Notes: generated from the letters alone by a model not told the origin. Shown: positions 26,207 through 39,891, counted from the first letter of the stretch. The stretch: DNA of 64,000 nucleotides from Octopus bimaculoides (GCF_001194135.2 NC_069001.1:20384452-20448451); one strand, 5' to 3'. Numbers and translations: made by a program.

Positions 26207-27960
26207 TATATGATAAGCTTCTTTCAGTTTCTGTCTACCAAATCTACTCACAAGGCTTTGATCAGCCCAAGGCGATAGTAGAGGACATTTGCCCAAGATG
26301 TCACACAGTTGGACAGAACCCAAAACCATGTGGTTGAGAAGCAAGCTTCTTACCACACAGCTGCACCTGTGCCTACTGAAAGGGTTTTGTCAAACAAATC
26401 GACTCCAGGACTTATTTTTTTAAAGCTTGGTACTTATTCTATTGGTCTCTTTTGCTGAACCACTAAATTATGGGGTTTGTTGAACTCATTCTGTACCTGT
26501 AGCTCATAGGTATGATGCTGTGCAATCAATTGTCTTGCATCACAGGTGCTGGATGCACCTCCTCAGGTGACTTTTTAAACAAGTACCTTGCTATTTCTCC
26601 TCTGTTTCTTCTGAGAACTGTTAGAATGCAGCAACTATCCAGCTATACATTGTTATAAGGCTAAGTAAAATTTTTTGCGGGAAATTTTCTTAAAGCGTCC
26701 ATATTTCAGCACAATTTTTAAACACTATTTTCTAAACATGAATGTACCATTGAAAAATAGAGGAAGGCACTACCATCCATTGCCCTCTTTTGGCCACCCC
26801 ATTTTTTCTTAATGCACCATCCTGGATCTTCTTATTGCCCCCTTCCCCAGAGGTGGGGACAGTATCACCCACTTTGGGAACTGCTAGTGTAGAGTAACAA
26901 CAGTAAAAAGTTTATTTTTGTGGGCTATCAACAGTTTGTGAAGGTTATGAAAAGATTGCATGTGTATAGAGAATGGGTTAAGGGCTGTCTACTGTTTAGA
27001 ATATCAAGATTATGTGGGTTATCTACATTCAATATTTGTTTCTAGGGGTCATCAACTGTGGGGTATGAAAAATTTTAGTGGGATAACAACAATTTGTTTG
27101 TGTTGAAAATGTGGAGTATCAAAACCTTATTTCAGTGAGTGTCAACAGTTTCACTTTCAACAACTTGTATCTGGTGTAAACAGTTTGTATGGGATATCAA
27201 CAGGTTTTTTTTTTTGTGTCAGATACCAACAGTGTGTATGGAGATCCAGAGGCTCTTTGTATGGGATACCAGTGTTTTGAATGGAGAATTTATAGTGTGT
27301 GCTATTTATTAACAGTTTATGTGGATATTAGCAGACTTCTTTTTCTTTAGTATCTGTTGGGTATTTAAAGTTTGCATCTGATACCAATGGTTTGTGTAAA
27401 GCATAAACAGTTGGCTTAGGCAGAGTATAATCAATTTGGTTGTGTGGGGTGTAAATAATTTTTGTGGTGCGTCAAGAATTTGTTTGAGGTATTAAGGTTT
27501 TTTCTTTTTTTGTGTGGAGTTTCAAGTTTGTGCTAGTTTTCAACAGTTTGAGGCAGTATCAGCAGTTTGCCTGTGTGAGACGTCAGCAATTTCTTGTATA
27601 TGTGGATATTTTTTATATCCTTGTTTTGGGTATATAATATGATGAAGCAGTGGGGAGGAAAGTATATACATGACTCACTACTATTACTATTATATATATC
27701 AAAGGATATATATATATGAAAGGATTACAGTGAAATGCTTACCAACATGAGCTGCCAATTGCTCACAGTTCTTTAATTCATAACAATGAGTCATTCCACC
27801 TTTAGTCACTTGGGCATGGTCGGAATCCTTCCACAACAATATCAACAGTTTGTGTGAAGCAACAAAAGTTTGTTTTTCTTTGTTGGCTATCTACAACTTG
27901 TGCTCTGTATCAATAGTTTCTTTATGTGATGTATCACTAATGTTCTGTGACACTTAAACT

Positions 27961-27998
<38 letters not shown>

Positions 27999-28051
27999 TG
28001 GTGGGGATTATTATAAGTTTTTGTATGGTTTATCAGCGCTTTTTGGGTGAC

Positions 28052-31000
28052 TGTTATAACAAAAGAACAGATAATGATTTTATTAATGAATGAAAAATAT
28101 TGCAATAATTCCAAAACAAAATGTAAAATGGTAAACTGTATTTCCAATTGTCTGCAATGTGCATGAATAAGACTGCACTAAAAACAGGGGCTTCAAAGGT
28201 GAAAAAGAATACCTCCATAAAATGAGTGTCACCCTGATTGGATAAAACTACATGATAAACAATGTGGGAGTAGGGAAACATCATATGATAGAATCAAGTC
28301 ACATGATTAGATGAATAAAAGATGACAATTAATAAGCAATGTTTTGTGTCGAGACAACTGGGGTTGTCTCATCTCCCCTTTTATTAAAAGATGAATAGTT
28401 GGTATATAAGTTTTATTTTGAGGGTTTACCTGTGTGCACTTAGCAGGTTTTCTATTTCAATTGCATCTTCTTAAATTTGATGAAGTGGTTTCTAATTGAG
28501 TTTGAATATTTTCAGTTTTTGTATTTCCTGTATCCTGATTCATAAATAGTGGTATTGACTGCTCTCTTTTCCATCTTGATGAAGTTTTTTTACTGCATAA
28601 ACAAGTGCCAATGCTTCCTTTTCTATTTATGGATATTTCTTTTCAACTTTTGATAGACTTTTAGAAGCATGCATAACAGGCATATGTGACTCATCAACCA
28701 TTTTATGCAAGAGTACTGCACCTATTCCATAATCTGACAGATCTGCAGGAATGATAAGTTCTTTACTGGGATCAAAATGAATCAGTATCAGATCAGAATT
28801 TCTCAAATGATTGTTGACATTGTGGAGATCAGTCCTGTTATGAACTATAATATTTTACTATTAATTCTTTTATACAATAGTAAATAGCAGATAAAAATAT
28901 AAAAATCTTACTTTGAATTGAGTACAAATGCATGGCACAGTATTGAATGATGTTGATAGATGGATGCTGTCTTTACTGAATAGAAAACAATGTGTCTTGT
29001 CAGGCAGCCGTGATCAATGAATTAGACAGCAACAGAACAAAGTTTGAATAAAAGCCTTCTTTTGAATTGGTTTACAACAATTTTATTCAAACTTTGTCTA
29101 CATGAATGCTTAAGTGTTCGTGAGGACTCTTCTAGACAAACCAACTGAGGAAGATTACACTTACTAGAAATAAATGCTACACATCTACATAACAAAAGCA
29201 AAAGTTCCAGATGAATCCAAACTGAAGATACTCTTAGTCCTCTGTGGAACAAAGGCCTACTCCATTGTCGAAGAATCCAAAGCTTTTGATGCAGCAACAG
29301 AATGCCTGAACTCCAAGTTTATAAAGAAAATTTCAGCCATAATGATGTATCATAAGCTATGAACTCACAAACAAAAGGAAAACGAGTCTATAAACGAATT
29401 TAGGTCAAGCCTTCAGACCGTGGCTCAAGAAATGTAAAATCCAAGCTCTAACTGCAGACCACAACCAAGAAATTCTAATCGGTGATGCCTTTGTGGCTGG
29501 GCTTCAATCACCATTAATCAGACAAAGCCTTAAGTCATCAGATGACAACCTAGAAATGCTCTAAGGACACTTGCAACCTGTCACAAGACTCAACTGGTGA
29601 TGGTCAACCAACTGTTTTTACAAAATCAGCACGTTTTTGGTGCAGTGGAGACACACACAAAAAAAAAAAAATTCAATGCCTGGCAAAAAACTCCACCTGC
29701 AGAAAGTACCAGAAAAAAGGTCACTGGGAGACGGTTTGCCTCTAAAAAAAGCCACCAAGAAACAAACAAAAATCCCCTAAAACAGCAGCTATCATGGAGC
29801 CCAAAAGTGACTCTGAGAGAAGCAGTGATGGAACTTCATCATCCATCATTTTAGCAGTCACAAACGTTGCAGGACGACTGGTACTCATTAGGATTAGAAG
29901 CAACACTGCACAAGCCCTTCTCGACATGGGTTCTGACAGGACATTTATTGAAGCAAATCAATTAGTGATAATGAGGCTTAAGGTACTGGATGCTTCGACT
30001 TGAAAACAGGTTTGGCATTGAAATACAAAGATGCAATAAAATTTGCACATAATCCTAATCCAAATTCGAAAATTGATTTAGATTCTTGCTGAAAATTTTT
30101 GATATGGTTAGTGTAGGGGTGGGGCAAAATAAGTAACCAGGGTAAAATGAGTAATCTCTGATTTTTTATTTTCTCCCCGCCTGTTTGAAATCATTACGTT
30201 GCAAGTATTGCATCATCATTTTGTATTGCTACATTATATTTAGGAGTTAAAATTGGTTAGCGTAGTTGTTGTTGTTGTTGAAGCTGAGAGTCTGAAACAG
30301 AGTCAGGTGACAAGTACATTTTTTTAAAGAAAGTTTTTTTCAAATTAGGTGCGATTGTAAATGAGGTTGCTAATAAAATATCTGGATAATTTTTGGTGTT
30401 TAACAATCAATATTCTTTTCTCTGTTGGATTTCAAGTCAATTTTTTACCACACTAATATCTAATTTGATCATTTTCAAGTTTCAAAAAATTATGTCTAAA
30501 ATGGAGTAAAATGAATAATGACTCATTCAGTAATTTCTTCTCATGGTATGTAAAAGAAGACACTCCAGCAGATCGTGAAGAAGCTATCTATATAATAATT
30601 CTGCTTGTTCCTCTGTTACCTAGCCTATCCATAATGCTTCCATGTGATTAGTTGATTAGTTGAAGGTGGAGAGGGGGAGGCAAGGAAGAGGCGGGGGTGA
30701 CTGGAATGCATAATTTTTGTTTGAACCAAGTTTTTTTCTTCATTGCTTAGCCCATCTGTAATGCTTTCACATGATTAGTTGAAGGGAAAGGCAAAGAGCA
30801 AAAGAAAAAGGAGAGAGAAAAAGAGGGTAACGCTATGAGGGACAGTGCTGTGTATTAAGTCTAAAGTGTATATATAAAGCACATTAAGTAATCATCGTAT
30901 TCCAATTTCCTTCACTTTCCAATGATTAGCAGATGAGTGACTATCTTTTGACACAGGCACAACAGGCTATGCTTTCAGGTCTTTTGAATGACGTTTTCAG

Positions 31001-33196
31001 AACTAATCAATAAGTTTACCATTAATTCCGTGAAATATTCACAGGTCCTGCTAGTAGAGAATATTTTATGTTGAGTTTTTTTTTTATTTAGTCAAGCTTT
31101 GTTAATTTCATATCACATACCATTTTCCCCTGATCCTCTTTCATTTGACGTAGATATTAAAAGTTTTTTTGCATTTCTGATCTTTATGATGTCTAGTGAT
31201 GGATATTGATGTTCATGAGTCTATCTTCTGAAGCAGAAAATTTACCTTATCTTGGTTTATACTCATTTTGCCCCAGCCAAATTTGTCTTTTATATGCTCA
31301 AAGAGAACGGTGATAATTTTCTGAAATAGCAATCAGATCATGTCAATGTTTTTAATGCATTTGGGGAAGGCCATCTGCTTAGCTGATATAGTTTTTGTAA
31401 GGTAGTGAATATTTAAAAAACTAAAAAATTTTATTTCAAAGTGAAAAATGCAGTAAAAACTTCTCATTGTGCCTCAACCCCTACATTATATATTCAACAT
31501 CAACAGTGCCATCCAATTTAAAAGGAAATGTGTTACTTTACTTAGAAATATATTCCATAACCCAATTTCTCAATCCAGTCTATTTGGAGGATATCCAAGT
31601 AAGGATTCTCAGTATTGTAGCAAAATCCTGAATGAATGGAAATTGAATGTTTGAGTGGATAAAAACATATTTTACCATTGATAACCAATGGCTGGCTGGA
31701 AGCATTCTTGGCTTTTTATTCAGTGGATGAAATGGCTGGTCTACCGATTTTGTGCCATGTTTCTTCAGAAATGATGGTTCTATCAGATGCAGTGTCAAGT
31801 TGTAAGCATATATCACATCCATCGATCTGTACAGTAATATACTTCCTTTTCTGAAGTTATTTCTCTTTTAAATGTGGCATAGACTCCATTTAAAATAATA
31901 CTTTCTGTGACTGAATCAGATTCAATGACTTTTACAGTGTTACTGGAATAACCAGGGTGGTAGCATTAAACATTTTTATGTCCATAATTGTGACATTTGA
32001 GACATTTTTTATTCCTGTAAGGACAATAATTTGCATAGTGCCACTTACCACAGCTCCAGCATGCTGTTGGAGAGTATCACTCAGTTATCATATATGCATA
32101 TAACAGTTTAGAATTCTGCAAACTCCATCTTTGTTTCTTTGCTGTAACTGCATAAGCGGTTGAAACTATTTCATTTCCTGCAGAATTTTGTATCATTTGA
32201 GTATCATGCTTAATATTAACTAGTTGTTGACATTCCCTTGTCAAGGTAAGGTAAAGTCATATGATGTATCCAATTTGGCTTGGACATGAGATCTTATATC
32301 GTCATAGATTGGTGATGTCAGGTCAGATACAAAAATTAGATTTTTAAATTGGTCATCAGTCATTGTCTGTCTTTTAAATTTTTCACATTCTTTGTTTATA
32401 TGCCCAGCACATGCAATAAAATCTTATTGAGTATTTTTGTAATTTCAAACATTTAAATCTGATGTTAAACAATGAAGATGTTCGGATAATACAAAGTTAA
32501 AGCACTTGTATTCGATATTGCTTAATTTTCACAATAGTAGTCTTACATTACTTGAATTATTTAGTTCCAATGTTTCTGTGACAAAAATATCTTGATAACG
32601 GTTATACCAGAATGCAAAAGTTCATCATAATCAAAGACAGAAGCTTGTCAAAAACTTTTAAAGTGATGCTACTTTAATTGTTAATTGATGTAGTTGGATT
32701 TGACTGCATGAACGTGAAAGCTAAAGCTGTTAAAATATCCAGTTGCTGCTTGTCATGTTGCTTTTGCATTTCTAAGTACTCTTGTTGCATGTGCAACAAG
32801 TTAATGAGAGCTGTAGTACTTACCATTTTTCACTCAGTGTGAAATAATGTTATAACGTAGGAACAAATAATGATATTGTGCTCAGATATTGATTTTATTA
32901 ATGAACAAAAAATATTGCAATAATTCCAAAGCAAAATGTAAAATGGTAAACTGCAATTTCAATTGTTCATGATGTAAATGAATAAGCCTGTACTAAGGAC
33001 AAGAGCCTTCACAGTGAAAAACGTTACCTGATGGATCCAATAAAGTGTCACTCGATTGGATGAATAGGCATAAGCTACATGGTGTATGATGTGGGAGATG
33101 GAAAACATCATGTGATAGAATCATGTTACATGATTGGATAAATAAAAAATAACAATTAATAAAAATGTTTTCTATCAAGACAACTGGGGTTTCTCA
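28052..33196 (-). mobile_element. Old gypsy-like LTR retrotransposon with nested insertions
   Basis: Direct repeats at 28052-28371 and 32848-33196, starting TGAGA on the minus strand; PPT AAAAGGGGAGA at 28372-28382; near-TSD GTGAC/GTAAC; Q-rich gag start near 32790. No clear PBS. Confidence 0.7.
28838..30000 (+). mobile_element. Truncated gypsy (LTR, gag, protease) nested in the 28052-33196 element
   Basis: TGTT...ACAACA LTR-like segment; gag LIGDAFVAGLQSPLIRQ; zinc-knuckle relic KKGHW; protease ALLDMGSDRTFI. Confidence 0.65.
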
Positions 33197-33694
33197 GTAA
33201 CAACACAGTTTTCTACAGGGTTTTAACAGAACATTTGTGTGGGGCAACAATCTGTGGTTTTATCAAAATTTTGTTTTGTACGAACAATTTATGGTGGGAT
33301 GTCAAGAGATTTTGTAAGTGTGGACACTTTGTTTGATGTTCCTCCAGTTTGTTTGGGGTATCAGGGTAGTGATTGGTATTAAACTTTTGTGTGGATATCA
33401 ACAGTTTATATTGGAAATAAAAATTTTTGTGTGGCGTGTGAGCAGTTTCTGTGGCTTATTATCACCTTATTTCAGTGAGTATCAAAATGTATGTTTTTGT
33501 TGGGTAAAAAGTTCCTTTTCTGTTGGGTATTACTACTTTTGTTTCTGGGGAATGTTGATAGTTTTGTCAGGTATTATTGACACTATGCTTTTGTAGGGTA
33601 GCAACGGTGTGAGGTATCAATTGTTTGAGTGGGGTGCAGTTTCAACAGTCTTTTTTTCTTGGTGGGGTGTTAATTGCTTTTTATGTGGAAGACT

Positions 33695-35901
33695 TGTAAA
33701 AGGTCGCCAATGTGGAAAGTCTGCAGTTTGAAAAATGCACAGTATAAAAGGTCTCCAGTGCAAAATGAATGTCAGAAGGCAGGTTTGTAAAGAAAACATT
33801 GTAACTTGAATTGGATTGTAATGAGAGCTGACAAGTGATGAGCTAAGCGGGTGTATATATGTAGGAGCCAAAGGAAAACCATAAAACTTACTATTGCACA
33901 AATGGGTTTTGAAGCTTGTGGTACTAAAGTAAGAAATACAAACAGGCAGGTTCCATCTTAGAGAAACAATATGATCCATTTCGAATCCATCTGCTAATTG
34001 TCAAGAAAATGCACACCAACTAAGAGGGCGGATAACTGCTCTGTGGTATTCCTATGTGCCCAGCTCAACTGGTTGAAGTTGCCACGGTTGAAGTTGCCAG
34101 TACCTCCTGTTCAGATTACAAGTCGATACAACTGTAATACAATAAGAAAAGAAAGGTAGAAAAATGCAAAACCAAATGTCCAAACCATGGAAAAACAACA
34201 CAAATGCATCAAGAAAAAAGAAACAATATAACAAATGTAAGAAGAAGCAAGTACAAAAATGTGAAAATAGCAGGCATTCAGGGGCAGTTCTTATATACAG
34301 TTTTGCAAAAACTCCTCAGCCAATGGACATGACATGTGTGGAGTGGTGTGTGTAAGAGGTCTGTAGTGCAATAACCAGCCCAATACCAGGGCTCGCACTA
34401 CAGAGTAGGCAGAAATAACAGTTAGAGGCATGGTGCCAGGCCAACAAGTGAAATAATCAAGACAAGTGAGAATGTAAATGTATCTGTGACTGACTGGCCA
34501 AGGTCCAACAAGATCAAAGTGGATGTGACAGAAATGTGTGTCTGGTGTGCTGGAGATGATGAGGAGGGCACAAATGAGTATATGCACCGTCAACATTAGG
34601 CAAGAGAGGTGACAGGTTAAGCAGGGCTTCAAAAACAGCTTATCTATGGGTCAGTAGGATGAGAAGACGAGGTGAATCTGTTGAGATGTCATGTCACACA
34701 AGATCTGCAGAGGTTGGCACAGGCAAGTATCTGAATTTGCACGTCACAAATTCAGGCAAAGATATCTTGAGTGAGTCCATAGGAGGTAAGAGGTTTGCAA
34801 GTGTTGCTGATGAAATGACTGTAAAACAGCACTAATTGCAGTGTCTGATGCATTAACTACAATCAAAGGCTTTGCATTGGAGACATGGTGTGCAAGGAAG
34901 AATGCTGTAGAGAGAGTGTTTCTCAGTGACAAAAGTTTGGTTTGTGTAGGAGTCAACGAAATGGTTTAATTCTTCATACGGCGGTTCTGGAAAAGCTCAG
35001 GAAGTGGAGACAGAAGTCCAGTGCAGTGAATCAACAATAGAAATTAAAACGATGTGACCAATGGCAGCAATCGAGAAAAAATAAAATCTGAATCAAGGCA
35101 ATACATGTGTGTTGGGCACCACTGCGCATGTGTAAGGCACCACAAAGCTATGCATGAACAAAAAGGTCAGCAAGAACAGCAGCCATATTGAAAAATGAAA
35201 TGCATCCATGTGATTTAAACAGAAAAAAATGAAGATATCATGTGAAGAACGCCACTAGTAATTTTTTCTTTGAAAAATACAAAAGACGGCTTTGACATAT
35301 TAGCTTTGTGCAATTTCACAGTTTATGTTTACTCAGCATTGTTTGATATGTTTTTTTAAATATGCGTGTGAAGGATGTCATGAGTTCAAATTGTTTTTTT
35401 CATTATTTTTTTTTGGTGGGGATGGGGGAATATTTCTGAAAGAACTATTTCGATGTCAGGTCGGCACCAATGCAGGAAATTACCTGTGTGGAAAGTCTGC
35501 TGTGTGAAAAATGCACAGTGTAAAATGAATGTCAGAAGGCATGTTTGTAAACAAAACATTGCAACTTCATTTGGATCGTAATGAGAGCTGACAAGTGATG
35601 AGCAAAGCAGGTGTATATATGTAGGAGCCAGAGGAAAGCAATAAAACTTACTATTGCACAAATGGTTTAGAAGCTTGCAGTGCTAAGGTGGTAAGAAATA
35701 CAAACAAGCAGGTTCCACCTTAGAGAAACGACGTGATCCATGTAGAATCCATCTGCTGACTCCCAAGAATATGGGCACCAATCAAGAGGGCAGATAAATG
35801 CTCTTTGGTATCCCTATGCTCCCAGCTCAATTGGTTGAAGTTGCCATAGCATGACTGTGCTATTCCACAACAACAAAGTAGGGCTTTCCTGACTCACTAC
35901 A
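33695..35901 (-). mobile_element. Internally deleted gypsy element (CsRn1-like remnants)
   Basis: LTR 35471-35901 and truncated LTR 33695-~34110; PBS TGGTGCCGACC; 4-bp TSD GACT; remnants NASDTAISAVLQ (RNase H) and HIHFDLVGPWP...LTCLDYFTCWP (integrase). Confidence 0.8.
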
Positions 35902-37374
35902 GACTAAACATTTGTGTGGAATATCAATAGTTTATGTAGTGTACAAACAGTTTCTGTAGCTATCAATGTATTTGTGAGGTATCAACAGTTGTCTGTATTG
36001 GCTATCAACTGTCAGTGTTGGGTATCAACAGTTCATTTGTGAGTAGTAGCAATAATTTGATTCTGTGTTAACAGATTGTGTGGTTGGTCAATAGTTTGTT
36101 TGTCAGGTATAAATAGCCTTTGTGGGTTATGGAAAGTTTGATTGTGAGGTGTATCCTCACTCTGTGAGGGTATCAACAGTATGTTTTTTGAAGTATCAAA
36201 ATTTTTGAGTGAGCTAATAGCAGACTGAGTGGAAGACGTGTGGGAAATATCAGCTGAACTTTTTTTATGTGTTGTGTCAACATTGTTTGTGAGGTATTAG
36301 CAAGATTATGTGGGATATTGCAAGTTTGTTTGTGTGGGGTATGAAGAATCTGTGGGGTATGAAGAACCTGTGGGGTATCAGAAGTTTGTTTGAGTGGATA
36401 AGGTATTAACAGTATACTTGTTTTGTGTATCAGCAGTTTGTGTGGGACATCAGTGGTTTGTTTTTGNNNNNNNNNNNNNNNNNNNNNNNNNNNNNNNNNN
36501 NNNNNNNNNNNNNNNNNNNNNNNNNNNNNNNNNNNNNNNNNNNNNNNNNNNNNNNNNNNNNNNNNNAGTTTGTTTTGTGTATCAGTAGTTTGTGTGGGAC
36601 ATCAGTGGTTTGTTTTGTGTAGGGTATTGAGTGATGTGGCACAGTATTGAATATGTGAAAGAATGACCTCTTTTAGTTGTAGAGTATTAGCTTTTTGTAT
36701 TGGTTATCAACAGCTTGTCTGTGTGACATATCAGCTGTATGTATGTGACATCAACAGTTTCTGATTTCCGTATTTTGTTTGTGTAGTGGTGAGCTGGCAA
36801 AATTGTTAGCACACCGGCCAAAATGCTTTGTGGCATTTCGTCTCTCTTTATGTTCTGAGTTTAAGTTCTGTTACGGTTGACTTGGCCATTCATTCTTTTG
36901 GGGTCGATAAAATAAGTATCAGTTGAGTACTAGAGATGATGTAATCGACTTTACTCCCTCCTTTGAAATTGGTAACTGTGTGCCAAAATTTAAAACAAAT
37001 ATCTTTACTTGTGTAGGGTATCAACAGTTTTTTTTTTTTGTTTTTTTTGGTATCAAGAGTTTGAGTGGACTATTAACAGTGTGTTTGCATAGAGTATCTA
37101 AACTTTGTTCATATGGAATATCAAAAGTTTGTTTTGTTTTTGTTGTTTGTCAACAGTTTGTGTAGCCTGTTAACATGTGTGTGATATTGATAGTTTGTGT
37201 GGGCTATGAACAATTTACGTTTGGTTTGGAAAGTTTCTGTGTATTTTCAGAAATGTATGTGTGTGTGATATCAAGAGTAAGTATGAGAGCAGTCTATGGG
37301 GTATCATCAGTTTGTGTGAATTGTCAAAATTTTGTTCGTGTGTTGTATTAAGAGTTTGCACAAGATGTTTAGAG

Positions 37375-37700
37375 CAGTGGCTCTCAACCATTTTTTTCCT
37401 GTGAGTTTCTTTGATTCCTACTTTACTCTACTGGACCCCACAATCATTTAAAGTTCAAAACAAAATTCCATTATATTTGTATAATTAAAGATTATTAGGA
37501 ATTGTATAAAAAAATTGTTAAAATATTTTGTGTATTGTAGAAGCATAAACAATTTGGTGCTATTTTGGCAAGTGATCTACAAGGGAAATTAGTTTAGGTT
37601 ACTTTTTAAATTATTTTGTACATACTTAGTATTGTAAATGTATTTTTCAAAATTCTTACTATTTTGAAAATAAGAAAACCATATAATAATTGAAATAATT
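37375..37700. mobile_element. hAT-type MITE, interrupted by a Penelope insertion
   Basis: CAGTGGCTCTCAACC terminus; sequence is the reverse complement of the right end of the MITE at 46574-46810. Confidence 0.6.
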
Positions 37701-37704
37701 ACCC

Positions 37705-38320
37705 ATGCAGCTGTGGTAGGTTATACAAAGGCGAAACATGTTGTCCCCTCAAAATAAGGGTAGAGGAACATTGCAAACCTGTGACACAGGGAGATATTGA
37801 TAAATCGGGTATAGCTGGTCATGTATGGAAAAATGGAGACCACCTCCCCCTGTGGGATGAAGTTAAAAATAAGAGACAGAGAACACCACTGGAAAATATG
37901 AGAACTAAAAGAAGCAGCACATATGCTAGGACACAACAACCTCCTAAGCAGACCGAGTGCGGATATGAACAGCATATGGGAACCAGTATTAAGGAAGGAT
38001 AGGAAAATATTAGATTTATAAGCTCTAAAATTCACTCCATAATTGCCCACAGGTATATGGCATAGTGGTTAAGAGTGCGGGCTACTAACCCCAAGATTCC
38101 GAGTTTGATTCCAAGCAGTGACCTGAATAATAATAATAATAATAATAATGATAATAATAATAATAATAATAATAACAATAACAACAACATCGAAAAATAC
38201 CTTAGGAATGAGAACCCAGGTTCGAAATTTCCCCAAGACACCTAATGAAGGCTGTAGGGTATATCAGCCGAAACGTGTTAACAACAAACAAGATGAGGAC
38301 AAATATCCATCAAATGTAAA
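37705..38320 (+). mobile_element. Penelope-like 3' fragment (GIY-YIG end, tRNA-like segment, (AAT)n, hammerhead relic)
   Basis: CSCGRLY.GET...LKIRVEEH...SGIAGHVW..GDH endonuclease; same tail as 55790-56400. Confidence 0.85.
38051..38124 (+). ncRNA. tRNA-derived Pol III-type segment inside the Penelope tail (not a functional tRNA)
   Basis: A-box TGGCATAGTGG, B-box GAGTTTGATTCC, anticodon-like loop CTACTAA; the acceptor stem does not pair. Further copies at 56184-56257 (+) and ~54610-54660 (-). Confidence 0.7.
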
Positions 38321-38775
38321 TACTGTATAAAATTTACTGTTAATTATGTTAACTTACTGTTCCCTCACTGCCCCCTAAAGCCTAACACTCCATTCAACAT
38401 AACCACTGCCTCCTTGTGGGTGGTTCCTCCCATGCTGTGGGGAAGTTAGTTTATGTGTCATATCTTCCCGTTTGTCTTGGTGTTAATTGTTTGTATGCAG
38501 AATCAAGTGACTGTGTTTGGTATCAGTAATTAGTGTAGGGTATCTGCAGTTTGTATATCACATTAACTATTTATGTTGCATATCAACAGGTTCTGTGTTG
38601 TATCAACAGTTTGTGTTGGGTGTCACAAATTTGTTTGTGTAGGAATTGTTTGTTTGCATGGGGTATCAATGTTTTGTGTTGGGTACCAAGAGTATGTTTT
38701 TTGTGAGATATCTACAGTTTCCTTCTGTGTAATACCAACAGTTACTTTGAGCAGGATATGATAATCTTTGTTTGT

Positions 38776-38813
38776 GAGGTGCATCAACATTCAGAGGAAT
38801 GTTGATGCACCTC
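38776..38813. repeat. Perfect 17-bp hairpin with a 4-nt loop
   Basis: GAGGTGCATCAACATTC-agag-GAATGTTGATGCACCTC. Confidence 0.95.
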
Positions 38814-39319
38814 GCAATCATGATTTAGTGTGATAGCACCAGTTTGTCTCTTTGGAGTATCATTAATTTGTGTGAGATATCAACAAGGTTGTATGGACTA
38901 TCATCAGTTTGTTTGTATATGATATCAAGAGTGTGTTTGAGATCTCAACTGTTTCTGTAAGGTATGAACAGTTTGTTTGTGCTGGTTAGCTTTGATGGAC
39001 CATCAACATTTAGTGTGTGTTTCAACATTTGTATTTGGAATCAATAGCTTGTATGAGGAATCATCAATTGGGGGTTTTTGTTAGGGTTTCAATAATTTGT
39101 CTCTCTATGTTATCAACAGTTTGAATCTGAATGAACTGTCAACAGTATATTTGCATGAGATATCAAGAGTTTCTTTGTGGAGGCATCGGTGGTTTGATTA
39201 TGTGTGGTATCAATATTTTGTATGGTGGAGTGTCAACAGATTCTTTGTTTGAGGTATAAACATTTTCTTTATTTGTAGTATCATTAATATGTGCACAGTA
39301 TTGTTTGTGTTGGAACCAA

Positions 39320-39491
39320 CACTCTCTCTGAGTGGTTGGCGTTAGGAAGGGCATCCAGCTGTAGAAACTCTGCCAAATTAGATTGGAGCCTGGTGTAGCC
39401 ATCCGGTTGCACCAGTCCTCAGTCAAATCGTCCAACCCATGCTAGCATGGAAAGCGGACGTTAAACGATGATGATGATGATGATGATGATG
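39320..39491 (+). mobile_element. RTE-associated 3' module or short retroposon with a (GAT)n tail
   Basis: GAGTGGTTGGCGTTAGGAAGGGCATCC...CCATGCTAGCATGGAAAGCGGACGTTAAACG(ATG)n; several diverged copies in the window. Confidence 0.7.
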
Positions 39492-39800
39492 GTGGTGGGC
39501 ACCTAGAGTTTGTGTAGGTATTGAATGTTTTATGTCAATATCAACAGTTTGTGTCTGTCAGGCACGATCTGTTTGTGTTGGTTATCAATAATGTTGTGTC
39601 CCCCATTTAACTTACAAAAAATAACAGCAAAATCTCAGTCAAATAACACCTTACCATCTTCAGAAAAATAAGTTTTTGCTCATAAGTCAACCTGACCAGG
39701 GCTTAACAATGACAAAACAGTCAAATATGCCAATAAATGATATATTTTACATTAGGGATTACTATATGTATATATATTTTTTTCTTTTGCTTTTCCACAG

Positions 39801-39891
39801 GTTTATGATGGTTTTAATCTGCCTTATATTCAGTGTCTTATCTACCATTGACCAATATACAGAATTTGCAAATGGAACATTGTTCTGGATG
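39801..39891 (+). CDS. KCNQ1: KCNQ1 coding exon 2 (S1 and S1-S2 loop)
   Basis: Polypyrimidine acceptor ttttccacag, 91 bp exon (V)[30 protein letters not shown], donor GTAAGG. Phase matches exon 1; length equals human exon 2 (91 bp, recalled). Confidence 0.96.

Larger units (their letters stand above)
26890..39620. repeat. Cryptic degenerate ~20-30 bp tandem array (GGTATCAACAGTTTGTGTG-like), interrupted by nested transposons
   Basis: Motif recurs in the same orientation in blocks 26890-27900, 33200-33690, 35905-37370 and 38480-39620. Confidence 0.7.

Noticed and set aside
30100-30560. Possible DNA-transposon end (GGGGCAAAATAAGTAACC)
   Set aside because: No matching second TIR or transposase found.
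36410-36620. ~50 bp duplication across a 100-N gap
   Set aside because: Cannot distinguish a true tandem repeat from a scaffolding artefact.
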